IMG/VR virus record: IMGVR_UViG_3300027749_000063
Coordinates: 35,220-99,219 of that record
Origin: a virus
Length of the DNA stretch: 64,000 bases
Direction: 5' to 3' (one strand)
The position numbers and the translations under genes were made by a program. Shown in pieces: positions 27,401 to 35,575 of this stretch. Below the pieces are notes generated by a model. That model saw nothing but the letters and a program-made list of their open reading frames with translations, was not told the origin of the DNA and did not search any database. Every line of letters begins with the position of its first letter. The first letter of the stretch is position 1.

Positions 27401-28537
27401 ACTAATAGAGCAGGAAAATATACTGACGATGACTTAGTAAAAGCATCTAAAAAGATTAAAGACAATTATCTAGTAGCAATGGTTCAACTTTTTGGTGTAG
27501 ATCAAACAGGTACTAAGTTACAAGACAAGTTTTTCTCTGCTGCTGGATTGTTTAATAAAACCAATCCTAATAACATAGCAAAGAAACTTGCTGACCTTAC
27601 AGAAAAGTATAGTGATCTATCTAAGAATCAGATAATTGCTAACCTTTACACTGCTGAGAATTCGTCAAAGAATATTATATTTAAGCTTAGAAATGCTAAT
27701 CTAGATGCTTATCTAGTAGGTGAGTATGAGAAAGCATTTATAGAAGGACTTAATGATGTGAGAGAAGATGTAAGCGAGTTATTTAAGAACATTGGTCTGG
27801 GTACATTCTTACAGTTTGGCTTTAGCAATAACTCTTATGGCTTATCTCAAGTAATTCCTTACGAGACTTACGTAGACCAAACGACTAAAGCAGTAAACAA
27901 ACTTAAGTTAATGCAGGGGAACAAAATAGTATCTGAACAACTCGCTGGATATATTTCTCAGATGACTTATTTTAATGACAGCAAAGATGTTCCTACTTTA
28001 GTCTTAGATAAGAACGTAGCTAAGAGAGAGCATGAGCCAGACTTTAATGTTAGATTACTTTTGATAGAAGAAAAAATAGATAGTGCTCTTAGAGGAATTC
28101 TAACTTTCCAAACTAAAAACTATACAAATCTTGAAAATCTTAAGTCTACAAATAGATTCAGAGGACTTCGTATAGAGTTTGTAGACAAATTATCTACTAG
28201 TAAAAATACTCCAGTTGCTATGCGAAACTCTAACGGAGTTATACAAATAGCAGAGAAAGACTTACTTAATAAGTTTAACGATAAAGCATGGACTAAGTCA
28301 GCTAAACAAAAAGATGACAGTTATTCTACTCCTTTAGCTTCAGATGAGTTTAAATCCTTTGAAGAGTTTTTAACTTTTGCTTTGATACATGAAGTAAAAC
28401 ATGAGACTATAAAGAAGTCAGAAGACCAAACAATAGGTCAGTACGAAGATCAGATCAATGAAGCAGCTTTAGTTGATCTTAGAAACAACTACAAGCAAGA
28501 AAAGTTTGATGATGTAGTAGATCCATTTAAATGTTAA
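21422..28537 (+). CDS. Virion-packaged single-chain two-barrel RNA polymerase (crAss-like, phi14:2 gp66-type) with a C-terminal HExxH domain
   Basis: Catalytic GSDFDIDKL, upstream VRIPVQGLNS and ADAQG motifs, 2371 aa; ALIHEVKHE near the C-terminus. Confidence 0.9.
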   Translation: MAKINCPDRGNKDFLDLSNALGSDALAKFIWYKNSNLPLNQTEDAEGNIVPSEVYDRILNEVAEGNEAQALAMVSTMYLPSFQEKYREEDPAFTVDYIKQEVQDHQDKAAKRQGQLIEEKIIPGTKTLYIQTPEGDIVYTQEEGKEIFDSLEYLLATKKSWKSTIDALKERFEDIRTKVKNSTVDPNVIVTPQDTLVGKNLVNILKNWPQVKAWYLSQESVFGLEAIDDEVNQEIGNSPYNKNAHDSSQMDLASSQVIKLVQALPKYNKLTTQDRKDIKSGKKSISDFQVISNITGFPVVGNFSTNWNVLTSSLSGITEYPKILAELAVVAQEYPQFNDMVSLLPEEDVQDVDLNTANFVASFVQTVSMPEILAYQLSVKKLTGSTESSNLVSKVFQLGTRTTDNLVRYFDEDYFKSNPKYGTVNDKGETVLNVPKLLEDFSYIKNIKQFFAGRNKLTNEKGDYTPEGKELLQGIHKFYNALGIIPTNALYQKDKKALYDFLSDTTFTVRELYDKLEESIDNTSITQPLQFLGKSQGSGKALGPKFDAINAVVGYYGKFEREFASGSYFNSEDKLQYNKVQYFYLTQVTNALNSVKSYNELIAKPEFAHLDVRLNPNIIGSLWLEKMFGITVKDKTLPQLYKELNSGKQFPRLKTQFSKQDFKINIVNFSGVKVEADLKDGVTTTELTSEDKIIQDFASFFQEGMTENIRFGDKGTSYATMTSGKVEERMYVPLDPAVLGSSEKSTVVEKVLADQFKAYLTSEVARVLNILNSDKKHVYNTKGKELFIFKDILPKEDYADLTSNDKATVIAAFTRVSDQLPTHLSKYFETQTALYKQRLIESTLGDKSAITDNSTEQQKDQDLANMLNALNFANPALFKKNKITPQNLDYVIANYLKNDFIHKVEFMKVFVGDIANFQVKGDFREVFKRIPFTSSPGFVFQDNAAVMAYLNNSGNTNGLYKALRGATQKFRKTVRTVVFNDVNTFSKEDWPTYRAALGLPDTLEYQEYVNSPKEADAQGLVSLDFYRNYILGLGQWSQEQENAYLNEIEIFKILNKKDKTEEDYAKMQELKDSTNYVGFPPLKLGHYGAIVEDPKLTALHKYSLAPMIPSMIAGTQLEELNKQMIAKQIDYATFNSGSKASNYGDALDFYVPDADNAGTLKVNPSIKGNNITSLHLKNLKQQQYIAPKFKNEATLSTQMVKLIFGDFFTAGNLSNLNAGTAKTVQDLYKEYDQVLGNIIGIEEANLFNKIGLTRDSSGAILGFDNKKFYNFLKSEMEKRDTSQSLRRYIQLDAAGNLKYPLDATKNRAEIENILLSIINNKIISQKLHGESYIQMASTAQGSTRFTKPTEEQIKKFGINGLRFYRKGVNGTEPADVKIAFNPKKHAPLLNLTFKGQKIGTVERLNKILKSNNKEATDWVDQHTKQLTLVGVRIPVQGLNSMEYFRVREFLSTSAGPVIVVPPQIIVKAGSDFDIDKLTMFEPKLDQNGQLINDAGFTLENYNKALPTKAESVRILKTLRAAKQSLVETLETIPSYLNKKELEKEIKELNESMSSTEENIGKFANTKMNLEELQALMSEGSTEKEDLIKQKIEEVKALSKSGELAGALSALKALKNEIGDYSSAVSNVNNFKDGNVNRLIDVFTSVISMPENYNKLVLPNTNTILTEISDKLNQNPITSTGLFSPLTSNRVYGDNIESKKALGIDAKLNTMQKEFQIAGLVYNNELSGFYPFDANRVNGGISLGEQTLTDGTVISRVISETINGHVDIAKEDWIILLGLDKAKTPLFHAMILAGTPVRTALDFLNKPLVKYVLKESNRGLLFKQIGMRRGRPVSMTFKNVMVQTLKDLNVSDNTKSYINIAIDTFSNKDVVKFKPLMMDLNRFITEGGVNNESDKQQLEDLFNLYIIKELQGSVQQLTSLVDYNTKRFQNSYQVKADAITYGRVVESFNRDGLNKLTQQSALSNFNQAGTVLSLMPQVFDVSNHPSVLDAISQYTNRAGKYTDDDLVKASKKIKDNYLVAMVQLFGVDQTGTKLQDKFFSAAGLFNKTNPNNIAKKLADLTEKYSDLSKNQIIANLYTAENSSKNIIFKLRNANLDAYLVGEYEKAFIEGLNDVREDVSELFKNIGLGTFLQFGFSNNSYGLSQVIPYETYVDQTTKAVNKLKLMQGNKIVSEQLAGYISQMTYFNDSKDVPTLVLDKNVAKREHEPDFNVRLLLIEEKIDSALRGILTFQTKNYTNLENLKSTNRFRGLRIEFVDKLSTSKNTPVAMRNSNGVIQIAEKDLLNKFNDKAWTKSAKQKDDSYSTPLASDEFKSFEEFLTFALIHEVKHETIKKSEDQTIGQYEDQINEAALVDLRNNYKQEKFDDVVDPFKC

Positions 28538-28548
28538 AATAAGAAGAC

Positions 28549-29058
28549 ATGGCAACTTGTAACGTAAGAACAACAAACAAAGAGTATATGGTTAGTAAGG
28601 GAGCCCTAGAGAATGGGTCTGCTAAAGTAAAAAATGAACGTCTATTTGATGTGCATAATGCAGAGATAAGAGATGCAGCAAACCAACGCTATAACCTAAA
28701 GACTGAAGAACTTCCTTTCTCTAAGGCAGTAAGAGATATTCCTAGAAGTGGTAGAACAGCTTCTAATTATTTCATAGAGTGGCAGTTTAATGACAAGTTC
28801 TTTGATGAAGTAACTCCTATAGTAGAGATGTATAAATCTATGGAGGATATATCTGAAGAAGAAAATATGACTCAACCTTCTTATACTCAGACTCAACTAG
28901 ACTTTAATGATTTAGTAAACGATGATATAATTATAAATGAGTCACCTATTAGATTTACTTATCCTTACGAGGCAGAAGACTACATGGCAGACATGAGTCC
29001 TGAAATAAAGAAAGAACTTAGTAAAGTAGAATTTAAAGAACTAAACTGTAATCTTTAA
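28549..29058 (+). CDS. Small acidic protein of the RNAP cassette (putative linker)
   Basis: 169 aa; Cys only at residues 4 and 167. Confidence 0.6.
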   Translation: MATCNVRTTNKEYMVSKGALENGSAKVKNERLFDVHNAEIRDAANQRYNLKTEELPFSKAVRDIPRSGRTASNYFIEWQFNDKFFDEVTPIVEMYKSMEDISEEENMTQPSYTQTQLDFNDLVNDDIIINESPIRFTYPYEAEDYMADMSPEIKKELSKVEFKELNCNL

Positions 29059-29059
29059 C

Positions 29060-29067
29060 TATATTTG
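29060..29067 (+). promoter_or_regulatory. -7 promoter element TATATTTG
   Basis: Exact match in the 34-nt gap before the ATG at 29093. Confidence 0.6.
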
Positions 29068-29092
29068 TATTAACTTAAGATAAACTTAAATA

Positions 29093-32000
29093 ATGTCTTG
29101 TAAAGCATCAATAAAATCTCCCATTACTGGTAACACAGTATCCTCAACAGCATACTTTCAGTTAACTAATCTTTTTGACAAACAAAAAGCAGTAGACGTT
29201 TATAACAGTATGTATACTCCAGGGTTTAAAGACCTATTAGGATTTGATTGGACTACTAACACAGCACACAGGGAGGAGTTAAACCTAAACGGAGAACCTA
29301 AGATTGAATATCTAAACAAGATATTAGGTTTAGATTTAAGTCAGTATGAGATTGATGCAGTAAACTCAGAAGAAGATATCCTTAGTCAGTTAGATCCTAC
29401 ACAAGAATTTGATTCTTTTGAGGAAGCAAGTGTAGCAGCTGCTGGGTTTAACATGAATCCAAGATACAAGAACATATCTACAGATGTTGTTAGAACAGAT
29501 AACGGATTTAGATTAACTGTAGGTATCAACCAATCTCCTCAAAGTATAACTAAGGAAACTTTGTCTGCTTTAGGATTTGGAACACTTGTTACTCAGTTCT
29601 TTCCTTCTACTAATTCTAGTTGGAGTGATGTAGTTAATAGTTTGCTTACTGGTGATCAGTTACCTGAGTTCCAAAAGAATATTTTATCTAAGTTAGTAGA
29701 ACTACAGAATAAGAATGCTCGTGTAAAGCTTGTAGTGTTTGATGACACACAAGACTCAGATCCTGGACAAGTTGCTTTCTATGATAACAACACAGGAACA
29801 ATTTACATAGGCAAGACTGTAAGTGAGAGTATGAACAATTCTAAGCTTGTTAGAGACCTTATCCATGAGTCTTTGCATGCTTATACCATTAAAGCGTTAA
29901 ACGAGCCTGTAACAGAGCAGGAGAAAGCGTTTAAGGCAGAGATGGAGAAGATATTTAATTCTTACTTAAAGAAGTTCCCTAACCTAGCTGTTAACTATGG
30001 CTTTAAGAACGTAGAAGAGTTTGTAAGTGAGGTTATGTCTAACCCACACTTCAGAGCTGCTTTAACTACCCAGCAGGAATCTTTAAAGAATGATAAGAAT
30101 TTCTTAGGTAATCTTTTAGAGAAAATAGGTAACTTCTTTAAAGGACTATACACAGACCTTCCTAATGTTAATGAGATTGCAGAAACTATTAACGAATACC
30201 TAGATAACTTGATTGAGACAGGTGACATGCCTTTAACTCAGGGAGAGTATGATCTTCGTTTTAGAAATGAGAAGTATAATGCACAAGGTCAAACAGATCT
30301 AGAAAGATTTCCTGAGTTAGAGAAGTTTGTTGAATTTATTAACAAAAACTCTTCCACAAGTATGTGGAGTCAGATTACTCAATCTCTAAAAGAAATAGAT
30401 GCTACTCTTAGAAATACTGGAAGACTGCAGGAACGTTTTAGTGACATTAATGCTGTAGATGCTAAGACTATCTTAGCTAATACAATAAGTTATCTTAACT
30501 CAGCGTTTTCTACGCTTAAGACTGTACAAGATCAATTAGAATTATATAGAGATAACATATCAGAGTTTGAAGACTTTGCTATCATTAAAACCTTCAACTA
30601 CGCAAAGAACTTAAGTGGAGTAATCAAACAACAGATAGATGTGTTTGAATCTGAGCTTAATCAACTCTTTGATGTATCAGAGATAGCTGACTTACAGGAG
30701 AGAGCTACTACTACAGAAGCTTTAGAAAAAGCTATTCCTGATTTCCAAACAGTAATAAGCGAACTAAGAGATTCATTGACTAAGTCACGTAGTTTAGCAA
30801 ACTCTATTGAAAGCGACTACAACAACTATGTGTTAGCACCTATTGCAAGAGAGCTAGCTAGTTCTTTTGGAGAATCTGCTACAGCAGAAGGTAAGAAGCA
30901 AACACAACAGATGATCAATGCTTTAACTGTTGCCAGAGATAAAGCAAGAACACAAGGTAAAACTAAACTAGCAGAAGCTTTAACTCAGGAGATAAAAGAC
31001 TTACAACAACTACAATCTTTTATACCTACTGCAAAGAACATTGAAGCTTTACTAAAGAACGATAGGAAGTTAGGAAAAGAAACAAGTGTCTTAGGGATGT
31101 GGATTAATAATGCTGTACAAGGAAAGAATCCTACAGTACAGATTATTAAACAGTTCATAGATAAAGCTACTGCAGAAGCTTCTAATAACTCAGGTAAGTT
31201 TAGTAAGCGTGCTCAGGATATCTTTGACAGACTACGTAACCTAAGAGGTAAGCTAGCTACTGAGATTTCAACCTTTCAATCTTTGTATAAAGGTTACACA
31301 CGAGAGGTAGAGGTTTTACATAAGCAGCCAGATGGTTCTCTTAAGAAAGTTAAACAAGCTGTTCTAAATACTAAATTAAAAGAAGAGGAATTCCAAAACG
31401 ATCTTAAACTTCTATTACAAAGAGAAGAGGATGCTGTTAAGACAGGTGATCAAGCTAAGATAGACCAAGCTAAGGAAGCTACTAATAAATTTTTAGAAGA
31501 CTACGCTTTAGCTCCTTACACAGAGGAGTACTATAAGATTCAAAACCTATTAACTGAAGAAGCAAAAGAAGCAAGAGAAGAATATCTAAAAGAAATAAAC
31601 TACTTATCAGAAGACTCTGATCCAGACGAGGGTACTAAGGCGGAGATTAAAAGACTGTTAACAGAGTTTGCTAGACTAGGTTCTATATACTATGCTAATG
31701 GAGATGAGAAAGTAGAAGGCAGTAAAGAAAGAAGAATAGCTGAGTCTATTATAGCCTGGAAGAAGGAAAGAAATAACCAAGACGTATTAACCTACGATAA
31801 CACAGTTAAGCGTAAGCAGTGGCAGATTAAAAAGAATCAGATAGATGAACAGTATTCTAAAATCCTAAAGAGGAAGAACGCTGCAGATATTTCATTATCT
31901 ATGGCAGCCTTTACAGGACAGTCAGAAGAGACTTTAGGAGAAGCAAACCAAAAGATAACAGCAGAGTTTGAAGAAGCAAAGAAAGTAAGAGACGAATGGT

Positions 32001-35000
32001 ATGCAGAAAATACCAGAATAGAACTCACTCCACAGTTTTTTGAAGAACAGACTGCAATTACAGAAGCTATTAATACTATTTATTCTAAGTACGCTAGTAC
32101 AGAGAGTACGGACTTAAGTGATCTTTATACTAAACTCTTTAATGCTGTATTAGGATTCAGAGATACGGATGGAGTTATTCAAGCTAACGATGTAACTAAT
32201 GCAGGTAATCTATTTGAAACTATTAAAAACTTAGAAAAGCAAATAGATGAAGCCAAGAAAGAAGTAGATGCTAGCAGAGAGATAAGTCAAGATGATAAGA
32301 AAGAGTTAGGAAGATTGTTTAAGATGCTAGGAGGACTCCAAAGCAGAAAAGAGACTTCTTACTACACAGAGAAGGTAGCAGAGGTTAAAGGTTCTATCAG
32401 AGCTAAACTAATGCAAGATACTGCTTATATGGATGAGGTAGAAGAAGCAGCAGTAGAAAGAAGAAATACTTACTTAGCAGCAAAATTAATAACTCCCTTT
32501 ACTACAGTACAGGAAATCAAGCAAGCAATGCTTGAAGAACAGGTAGAAGACTTGTATAGACAGAGTGAGTGGTTTAAAAACAATCACATTACTACACAAG
32601 AAACAAAAACTGTTGACGGAGACCAAGTTACTGCAACAAAACAAAGACCTTCTTATATCTGGACTCAGACAGTTCCAAATGATCCAAGATACATAAACCA
32701 AGACAATCCCTCTTTCCAATGGTCAGTTCCTGTAATTGACGAGAAGTTTAAGAATAGAGATTATAAATTTACCTCAGAACCTAGACCTAGAGTAACTGAA
32801 GATGGTAAATACTCTAACCCAGAGTATACTAGACTACCTTTAGAGGAGAGAGCTATCTTAGATGACATTATTACTTTACATGAAGACGTACAGAAAGAAC
32901 TTCCAAAGAGTCAACGTGTAGGGTATGCATTAGTGAATGAAGCTAAAGGAACTCTTGAGGCTACTTCTACAGTACTTAGAAGACCTTTGAATACTTTCTC
33001 AGGAATCCTAGAGTTACTTAAACTTACATTTGTTCCTAACATTGGATCTAATGAGTACGAACAGTTAGATGATTCACAAGTTGCTACTATTCAAGGAAGA
33101 AAGGTACAGTTAATTCGTAATAGGTATAAGACTCCTTTAAATTCTAGTCAAGTATCTTATAACATCTTAGGTAATATAGCTAAGTTTGGAGTTTACTCTT
33201 CACACTTTGCAGCTATGCAAAAGATTATGCCTACAGTATTTAGTGCAAGAGAAGCTCTTCAAAGAGGAGATGCAGCTGATAGTACTTTGTCAACTGTAGA
33301 CTTTGAAATCTCTAAAAACTTCTACGGAGAAGAAATTGCTTCTATTGGAAACAATAAATACGTTAAGTTGTTTAGTCGTCCTGCAAATAAATTCTTATCA
33401 GTAGGTCAACGTAAAGCTCTACAGTTTAACGTAATTGCTTCTGTAAAGAACTTTGCAGTCAACTTGTGGAACGCAGGCATAAATAAAAACTTAGCAGGAG
33501 TATCTCGTACAGAATTCTTACAAGGTATGGTAAGAGCTATGAGACAGTCAGATAAGTTCTTTGATATCTACAGAGGTGGGGGAAATGTTTCTTACTATGC
33601 AGATCTATTAATGCATTTTCAGGCTTTCTCTAAAGCTCAGTCTACTAACAAAGCAGATAACATACATCAAACTATGTTAAATAGATATGTATCTAGTGAG
33701 ACTGCTGGTTTTATTCTAAGAGGATACTTAGAGAATATTTCTACAGGAGCTGTATTCGAGTCTATTATGAATCAATACAACGTAACTATTGATGAGGGGG
33801 GAGTAAAAAGAACTATAAAGTTAGCAGAAGCCTACGAACAGAGAGATGGTAAACTTCAGTTAAAGCCTGGAGTAGAGGCAAATAACATAGAAAGACTAGA
33901 ACAAGAAATCAGAGATAGGATATACAACTTCCAAACTTCAAGCCAAGGTAACTACTATAAGAGAGGCTCAGCAAAGTATGAGCGTTACTTAATAATGAGA
34001 ATGATCATGAGTATGAAGCGTTGGGTAGCTACTACTTTTAATAACAAATATGGTTCTAGAAGAATTCAGTTGAATACAGGAAACATAGAAAAAGGATTCA
34101 ATAGAGAAGTATTAGCTTATACTAAGTTACTTGTTATGGGAGGAACTTCTATGGCTAACGATACTACCACTGATCAACAGAAGTCTAGAATGAAGACAGC
34201 AGCTGTCAACTTAGTTGCTATGCTTGCAGTACAACAAGCTTTAATTACTACTATGGGTATCATTGCACAGTCTTTAGATGGAGATGACGATGATGAAACA
34301 AGTCCTGTACTAGCATTTGTTGCTAACCTTCTACAAGGTATTCATGATGAGTTAAGTACATTTAGTCCTATTGGAGTAGCAAACTGGGCTTACAGAGCCT
34401 TTGTCCAGACACCTACTAAGTCTCCTGGAGAAAGCGATGCAGTTGCAAGAGGCAAGCAGTTGGCTTATAGTTTTATTGGAGGTACAACTAAATCTTCTCT
34501 AGATGCTATTACTCCTTTCCTAGACGGAGATACTTGGAGTGATCCTACGGGTTCTTACTCTTATAAGTATAGTAATGGTCTTCCAAATGAGTTTAGTACT
34601 CCTGAAGCACTATATGGTAAGCCTAAATTACTAGCAGCATTCATGATATACTCAGGGGTAGAGACAGGTATGACTCAGTTCCTACAACCAGAGAAAAAGC
34701 TTTTCAATGTACTTAAGTATAATCCAAGGTTAGACATAACAGAAGAAAGAAGAATCAAACTAGATCCTTTGGGAAGTTACAATCAATTGGGTGAGAGAAT
34801 TTCTGAGATTAAGAAAGAGTTAAAACAAGTAGGTAACGACAGAATCACTAACATGGTAGAACGTCAAGCTAAAATAACAGAGATTATGGAAGCAGAAAGA
34901 ACAATGGAGAATATTGGAAAACAATACCCATATGTAGGTGCTTACTATAAAAATAGAAAGTTTGCTTCTTCTGTAGGAACTAGACAAGGATCAGAACTAG

Positions 35001-35122
35001 AAAGAGAAATGAAGATGTACGAACTTCAAAACAATCCTAATGACTACATCAAAAAGAAGATGGAATCTAAGATAGAAGGTATGAAGAATAAGATGGAATA
35101 CCAGAGACTTAAGAGAAAGTAG
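29093..35122 (+). CDS. Large polyvalent ejection protein with a zincin metallopeptidase domain
   Basis: AFYD...IYI...LIHESLHAYT...NVEEFVSEVMSNPHF zincin signature; long helical C-terminal region; the only Cys is residue 3. Confidence 0.75.
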   Translation: MSCKASIKSPITGNTVSSTAYFQLTNLFDKQKAVDVYNSMYTPGFKDLLGFDWTTNTAHREELNLNGEPKIEYLNKILGLDLSQYEIDAVNSEEDILSQLDPTQEFDSFEEASVAAAGFNMNPRYKNISTDVVRTDNGFRLTVGINQSPQSITKETLSALGFGTLVTQFFPSTNSSWSDVVNSLLTGDQLPEFQKNILSKLVELQNKNARVKLVVFDDTQDSDPGQVAFYDNNTGTIYIGKTVSESMNNSKLVRDLIHESLHAYTIKALNEPVTEQEKAFKAEMEKIFNSYLKKFPNLAVNYGFKNVEEFVSEVMSNPHFRAALTTQQESLKNDKNFLGNLLEKIGNFFKGLYTDLPNVNEIAETINEYLDNLIETGDMPLTQGEYDLRFRNEKYNAQGQTDLERFPELEKFVEFINKNSSTSMWSQITQSLKEIDATLRNTGRLQERFSDINAVDAKTILANTISYLNSAFSTLKTVQDQLELYRDNISEFEDFAIIKTFNYAKNLSGVIKQQIDVFESELNQLFDVSEIADLQERATTTEALEKAIPDFQTVISELRDSLTKSRSLANSIESDYNNYVLAPIARELASSFGESATAEGKKQTQQMINALTVARDKARTQGKTKLAEALTQEIKDLQQLQSFIPTAKNIEALLKNDRKLGKETSVLGMWINNAVQGKNPTVQIIKQFIDKATAEASNNSGKFSKRAQDIFDRLRNLRGKLATEISTFQSLYKGYTREVEVLHKQPDGSLKKVKQAVLNTKLKEEEFQNDLKLLLQREEDAVKTGDQAKIDQAKEATNKFLEDYALAPYTEEYYKIQNLLTEEAKEAREEYLKEINYLSEDSDPDEGTKAEIKRLLTEFARLGSIYYANGDEKVEGSKERRIAESIIAWKKERNNQDVLTYDNTVKRKQWQIKKNQIDEQYSKILKRKNAADISLSMAAFTGQSEETLGEANQKITAEFEEAKKVRDEWYAENTRIELTPQFFEEQTAITEAINTIYSKYASTESTDLSDLYTKLFNAVLGFRDTDGVIQANDVTNAGNLFETIKNLEKQIDEAKKEVDASREISQDDKKELGRLFKMLGGLQSRKETSYYTEKVAEVKGSIRAKLMQDTAYMDEVEEAAVERRNTYLAAKLITPFTTVQEIKQAMLEEQVEDLYRQSEWFKNNHITTQETKTVDGDQVTATKQRPSYIWTQTVPNDPRYINQDNPSFQWSVPVIDEKFKNRDYKFTSEPRPRVTEDGKYSNPEYTRLPLEERAILDDIITLHEDVQKELPKSQRVGYALVNEAKGTLEATSTVLRRPLNTFSGILELLKLTFVPNIGSNEYEQLDDSQVATIQGRKVQLIRNRYKTPLNSSQVSYNILGNIAKFGVYSSHFAAMQKIMPTVFSAREALQRGDAADSTLSTVDFEISKNFYGEEIASIGNNKYVKLFSRPANKFLSVGQRKALQFNVIASVKNFAVNLWNAGINKNLAGVSRTEFLQGMVRAMRQSDKFFDIYRGGGNVSYYADLLMHFQAFSKAQSTNKADNIHQTMLNRYVSSETAGFILRGYLENISTGAVFESIMNQYNVTIDEGGVKRTIKLAEAYEQRDGKLQLKPGVEANNIERLEQEIRDRIYNFQTSSQGNYYKRGSAKYERYLIMRMIMSMKRWVATTFNNKYGSRRIQLNTGNIEKGFNREVLAYTKLLVMGGTSMANDTTTDQQKSRMKTAAVNLVAMLAVQQALITTMGIIAQSLDGDDDDETSPVLAFVANLLQGIHDELSTFSPIGVANWAYRAFVQTPTKSPGESDAVARGKQLAYSFIGGTTKSSLDAITPFLDGDTWSDPTGSYSYKYSNGLPNEFSTPEALYGKPKLLAAFMIYSGVETGMTQFLQPEKKLFNVLKYNPRLDITEERRIKLDPLGSYNQLGERISEIKKELKQVGNDRITNMVERQAKITEIMEAERTMENIGKQYPYVGAYYKNRKFASSVGTRQGSELEREMKMYELQNNPNDYIKKKMESKIEGMKNKMEYQRLKRK

Positions 35123-35127
35123 ATCTC

Positions 35128-35157
35128 TTGACTTTATTTTTAATTAAACTAAATTTG
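35128..35157 (+). promoter_or_regulatory. Bacteroidota-type promoter
   Basis: TTG-19 nt-TAAATTTG upstream of the fibre operon. Confidence 0.75.
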
Positions 35158-35228
35158 TAATACGGGCTTAACAGCCGAGTACTCAAGTACTGTACCGATA
35201 ATTAAACTTAAAATAAGACTATACAATT

Positions 35229-35564
35229 ATGGAAAATAATGATTTGCTTAAAGAACAAGCTAAAAGAATTCGTCAAGTAAAAGATGAATTAGTTTTAGTT
35301 AACAATGCTACTTCTAGAAGCGCAGGTATGGGAGGTTCAATAGGAGTCTCTACTACATACACAGGAAGCTTTGAATCACTTGTAATAAACGAAGATGCAG
35401 TTATCTCTGTATTGGAGTATGTAAGTGAGCCAGGAGTAAATAAAGTAACTGCATTAGGCTTAAATGCTTTCACAGTTACTAAGGGTATGCTTCTTACCCC
35501 TCCTTACGGAAAACTTTTCGGAAAAATTACTTTAGCCTCAGGCACAGTTCTAGTTTACGCTTAA
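35229..35564 (+). CDS. Small beta-rich structural protein
   Basis: C-terminal FGKITLASGTVLVY; first gene of the fibre operon. Confidence 0.5.
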   Translation: MENNDLLKEQAKRIRQVKDELVLVNNATSRSAGMGGSIGVSTTYTGSFESLVINEDAVISVLEYVSEPGVNKVTALGLNAFTVTKGMLLTPPYGKLFGKITLASGTVLVYA

Positions 35565-35575
35565 TTTAATTCTCT

